Below are positions 60,130-64,000 of a stretch of 64,000 nucleotides of DNA, piece by piece. The notes below the pieces were generated by a model that saw nothing but the letters and a program-made list of their open reading frames with translations, was not told the origin of the DNA and searched no databases. Source of the DNA: Stegostoma tigrinum. Its lineage: Eukaryota. The stretch is taken from NCBI RefSeq assembly GCF_030684315.1, contig NC_081387.1:16399409-16463408 (forward strand). The letters are read 5' to 3'. Position 1 is the stretch's first letter. The number at the start of each line of letters is the position of its first letter. The translations under genes were made by a program, and so were the position numbers.

Positions 60130-60805
60130 CAAACAAAGAGACCTGGAGGGTACAAGTTCATAGTTCCTTTAAGGTGGAAGACAGGGTGATGAAGAAGGCG
60201 TTTAGTACGTGTGCCTTCATTGATCAGTGCATTGAGTATAGGAGTTGGGAGGTCATGTTGCCGCTGTACAGGACACTGGTTCGGCCACAGTTGGACTACT
60301 GCATGCAATTCAGGTCTCCCTGCTACAAGAAAACATGTTTTGGAACCTGGAAGGGTGCAGAAAAGATTGTTGCAAGGGTTGGAGGGTTTGAGCTGGTGGG
60401 AGAGGCTGAATAGGCTGGGGCTATTTTCCCTGGAGCATCGGAGGCTGAGGGGTGACCTTGTAGAGATTTATATAATTATGAGAGGCATGGATATGGTGTA
60501 TAGCCAAGGTCTTTCTTCCAGGCTGTGCCTAGGTTGAAGGGGAGAGGGGAAAGAGTCAAGATGGACCTAAGGGACAACTTTTTCATGCAGAGGGTGTTGC
60601 GTGTATAGAATGAGCGGCCAGAGGAAGTAGCACAATTACAACATTTAAAAAGCATCTGGATGGGTACTTGGATAGGAACGAATTAGAGGGATATGGGCCA
60701 AATGTTCGCAATGAGAATAGATTAATTTGGGACATCTGGTAGGCATGGATGAGTTGGACCGAAGAGTCTGTTTTTGTGCCGTACAGCTCTATGACAATAT
60801 GACAC
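60130..60805 (+). mobile_element. CR1 3' fragment (preceded by a SINE-like repeat at ~59950-60115)
   Basis: LYRTLVRPQLDYCMQF, ERLNRLGLFSLEHRRLRGDL. Confidence 0.85.
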
Positions 60806-63039
60806 TCATTCTCTTTTTCTAAGAGGACACTTTTTCTAAGTGACTACACCATTCCCTTCACCATGGGTTGAATTGGACCCTTTTGGTTACAATGTCAATT
60901 GGGAAATATTGCATCTGCTGCCTTTCACAGCCTGTATGTTTTCTTGTTCAACAGTGACAGGACAGGTACACACTGGGGAATTTGTCCAATATCAGTGTAT
61001 TTTAAGCTTTCCCTTTGGATCACAGAGCAGATGTTGATCCTCTTAGCAACTGATATGGAGCAAATGGCCTTTTCTTTGTTCATTCTTGTGCAGGTACAAC
61101 GTATTGCCTACTGGTATTAACTATACAGGTCTAATATCTGAAAACAGTTACTTGATTGGACCAGCCTTAGCAACTCAAGATTATTTGACAAATACTACAA
61201 CAGGATAAGGCTGAACACCAACTTAAGGTGTTTAGTTGAGCTCTTTCATGTCCTGAAAGCTAGCTATACGAATACCCATGGCCCTATTCCTTGCAGACAG
61301 AAAGAGTACATTCTGTACCTGTTTTCAGTAAAAACAAAAGTGGTGACAACCACTGTCTGATTCATTTCCTAAGGTAGCGCCTTAATCAATCAGTGTCAAT
61401 CTGGCTGGTTTGAAGCCTGGCAGTTAACTGTCAGTCATCATCTAACAAGTGCATTTCTCCATGACAAAATCTGTAGCAAACAACAGTCTTTTCTCAAACA
61501 GGACAAAATGATGTCTTCTGTTACATAAATATTGCCCTGATGGGTACAAACTATGTATTTTTTTCCAACAATAATCAATTTCTATAGCACCGAGCAACTG
61601 TACTCAGAATGTATAAAATTCAATAAGGGATTGAGAACAAATGCCTTTATCAGACAATGGTAGTTGAGTAATCAGAACTTGCTGTCACGTGGACTGTATG
61701 AGACAGGTAGCAGAGGTTCACTTCTGGAAACATTGGATCAACAACCGAGGCAGAAGAGAGAAGAAGGGGATGTGGATGAGGAGGATAGAGCAGAGGTCAG
61801 AGAAAGCTCATGTGCAGCAAAAAGAACAGCATAGGTCATTGCGGTGGAGTGACCTACCACCAAAGAGAACAGGGCCAGCTCCATGAAAACATTTCCACTC
61901 TGTTTCTTCTCTTGTCCTCCCACACTGCACCATTTAGGTAACGTTCAGACGAAGTCTGATTGAAGGTTTCGCAATGACTGTACAATCTGGCAGCTGATGA
62001 TTCATTTTTTGAAAATGAGATGCAGCCAATTCTGCAGGTCGTGTGTGATTTGGGGCATACCTTTCAAATTTGAGAACAAGGACTTCTTTTGAAAGCTAGT
62101 CTGCAGGGCACGTGGGGAAAGAAAGAGAACCAATGGATTGGTATCTGCAGAGAGCTAGCACACAGACAATGGGCCAGTTGGCCTCCTGTAATCATTCGAT
62201 GGCTCTGCACGTCCAGCCATTTCCCCACCCCGGCTTGTCTTGATCATTTTGTTCATCGTATAGCCATTTTTCCTCAGTATATATGTTTATCCTGCCACCT
62301 GGGGATTGTCATTTACTGTCTTTTGTGTAATGACTGAGGGTTTGGAAGACACATCTCCTTTCAGAGGATCCCGAACAACCAGATCTGTTTTCTCTGAATC
62401 TGCGTGAAGTTACAGAAACAATGGATCCAAAGTCAATGGGAAGGATTTTTTAGGTGGTGACACCCCCTTCCTGTGGGTAAAAAGATCTGCAGGTCCAACA
62501 GTGCCACCAGGAGCAATGACCACTGCTGGACCTGCACCGATCCCAAAAGTGTAAGAGCAGATAGTTACAGGGTCTCATGATGGGGGTAAGAGGGGAGTCC
62601 AGGGGCAGGAGACATTGCTAGGAATGGTAAAGGGCAATGCGATGGGTGTGGGTGGAGGCGGGGAAGGCATCGAGGTCCACTATCAGACAAAATGGTTTAT
62701 GAGTGAGGCTTCCCCAATTTCTCAGCCAAGGCTTACGTAGAGTAACCAGCCTTGTGCCCCCTCTCCCCCATTCCTGAGATCTATCTGCTGGGCTCAAGGA
62801 AGGAAGCAGAACTCAATAATGCAGTTGAATCATGGATCCTAAGACTTGCCAGCCGTCCCCGACCACAACATCCCCCACTGCTGCAAAAAGTCAGACATGT
62901 TGGGAATGGGGTGTGTCCGGGACAGGAACCTAGAGAATCTTACAGGTTTCCCCACCTACAGAATGGGGCCTAGGAAGCGTAACCTTTCACTCTGTGTGTC
63001 ATGAAGTCAAATAATCCCCCATTTCAAACCATCAATACA

Positions 63040-63730
63040 TTTTATACAGTAAATGGCAGAGCCCTTGGAAGCATGAACATACAGAAGGCTCTAGATATAC
63101 AGGTCCTCAGTTCTCTGTTGCAATGCAACAAGTAGATAAGCTGGTCAAGAATGCATGTGGCATGCTTGCTTGCCTTTATTGGTCAGGGTACAAATAAACA
63201 AAAAAGTTAGCAATTCAAGTTGCAACTGTAGAGAGCTTTATTTAGGCCACATTCAGAATATTGCGTATAGTTCTGGTCGCCACACTACCAGAAGGATCTG
63301 GATGCTTTTGAGAGGGTACAGCAATGGTTTACTGGGACACTGCCTGGTTTGGAGGGTATTAGCTATAATGAGTGATCGGACAAACTTGGATCATTTTCAT
63401 TTGAAGAATGAGGAGTGACTTGACAGAAGTTTGAGGGAGGCGTGGCCAGAATTGACAGTCGGAGTCTTTTTCCCCAAGATGAAAATGCCAATTATTCTGG
63501 GACATAGGTTTAAGGTGAAAGGGAGATAGTTTTTTTCGTAAGTGCCTGGAATGCACTGCCAGAGGAGATGGTGGAGGTGGATACAACAGCAACATTTAAG
63601 AGACAGCTCGACAGATATATGAATAGGCAGGGAATACGGACTGTGCAGAGACCAGGGGATTTTAGTTTAGAAAGGCACCATGTGTCAGTATAGGCTTGGT
63701 GGGCTGAAGGGCCAGGTCCTATGCTTTTCT
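63040..63730 (+). mobile_element. Decayed CR1 3' fragment
   Basis: RPHSEYCV.FWSPHYQKD-like sequence and CR1 3' UTR (ggcttggtgggctgaagggcc). Confidence 0.8.
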
Positions 63731-64000
63731 TTGTGCTTTATAAATACCTAGAGCTGGCTGAAAATATACCATGAGGGCAATCAATGATTGGAAGTCAGAA
63801 GCAAATGCTGGAAATGGGGAACGCATTAGTAAACAACCCAGAAAATGTCGGGAAAATAACAGTTATTAAAGTAATAATCAAATCCAGAAACTGGTGACAA
63901 AAAATGCAGGGGAACTTTACTGGGCAGGGGCCAAAACTCTTCAGTTTCCCAGAAAAGGGTTACAATTCTTCACTGAGGTCTCAGAAACCTTCAGATGGAT

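Overview
Vertebrate genomic DNA. The repeat repertoire (CR1 LINEs, tRNA-derived SINEs, Penelope-like elements, Tx1/L1, Rex1/Babar and Harbinger remnants) points to a cartilaginous fish, probably a shark (inference). Most of the window is transposon-derived and most ORFs in the track are spurious. By hand-splicing I can build one convincing protein-coding gene on the + strand: five coding exons at 39835-39907, 45735-46130, 52643-52789, 53975-54054 and 58863-59009, with intron phases 1,1,1,0. It encodes a 280-aa type I receptor: signal peptide, one CD2/CEACAM-type IgV domain without the canonical disulfide but with six non-canonical Cys, an S/T stalk, a TM helix, and a tail with an ITIM (LTYSLL) and an ITSM-like motif (TVYAFP). 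Its IgV exon sits between two ~1.3-kb direct repeats, and an in-frame internal acceptor could splice out exactly the ITIM. Other notable elements: (i) a >4.5-kb 30-bp minisatellite that appears to derive from a SINE; (ii) a young Penelope-like element with an uninterrupted RT/GIY-YIG frame and a minimal hammerhead-ribozyme motif; (iii) many ~200-bp palindromic, TSD-flanked hammerhead-bearing Penelope derivatives, one of which has captured a LINE fragment; (iv) a speculative small spliced gene on the - strand. Repeat boundaries are approximate and read by eye.
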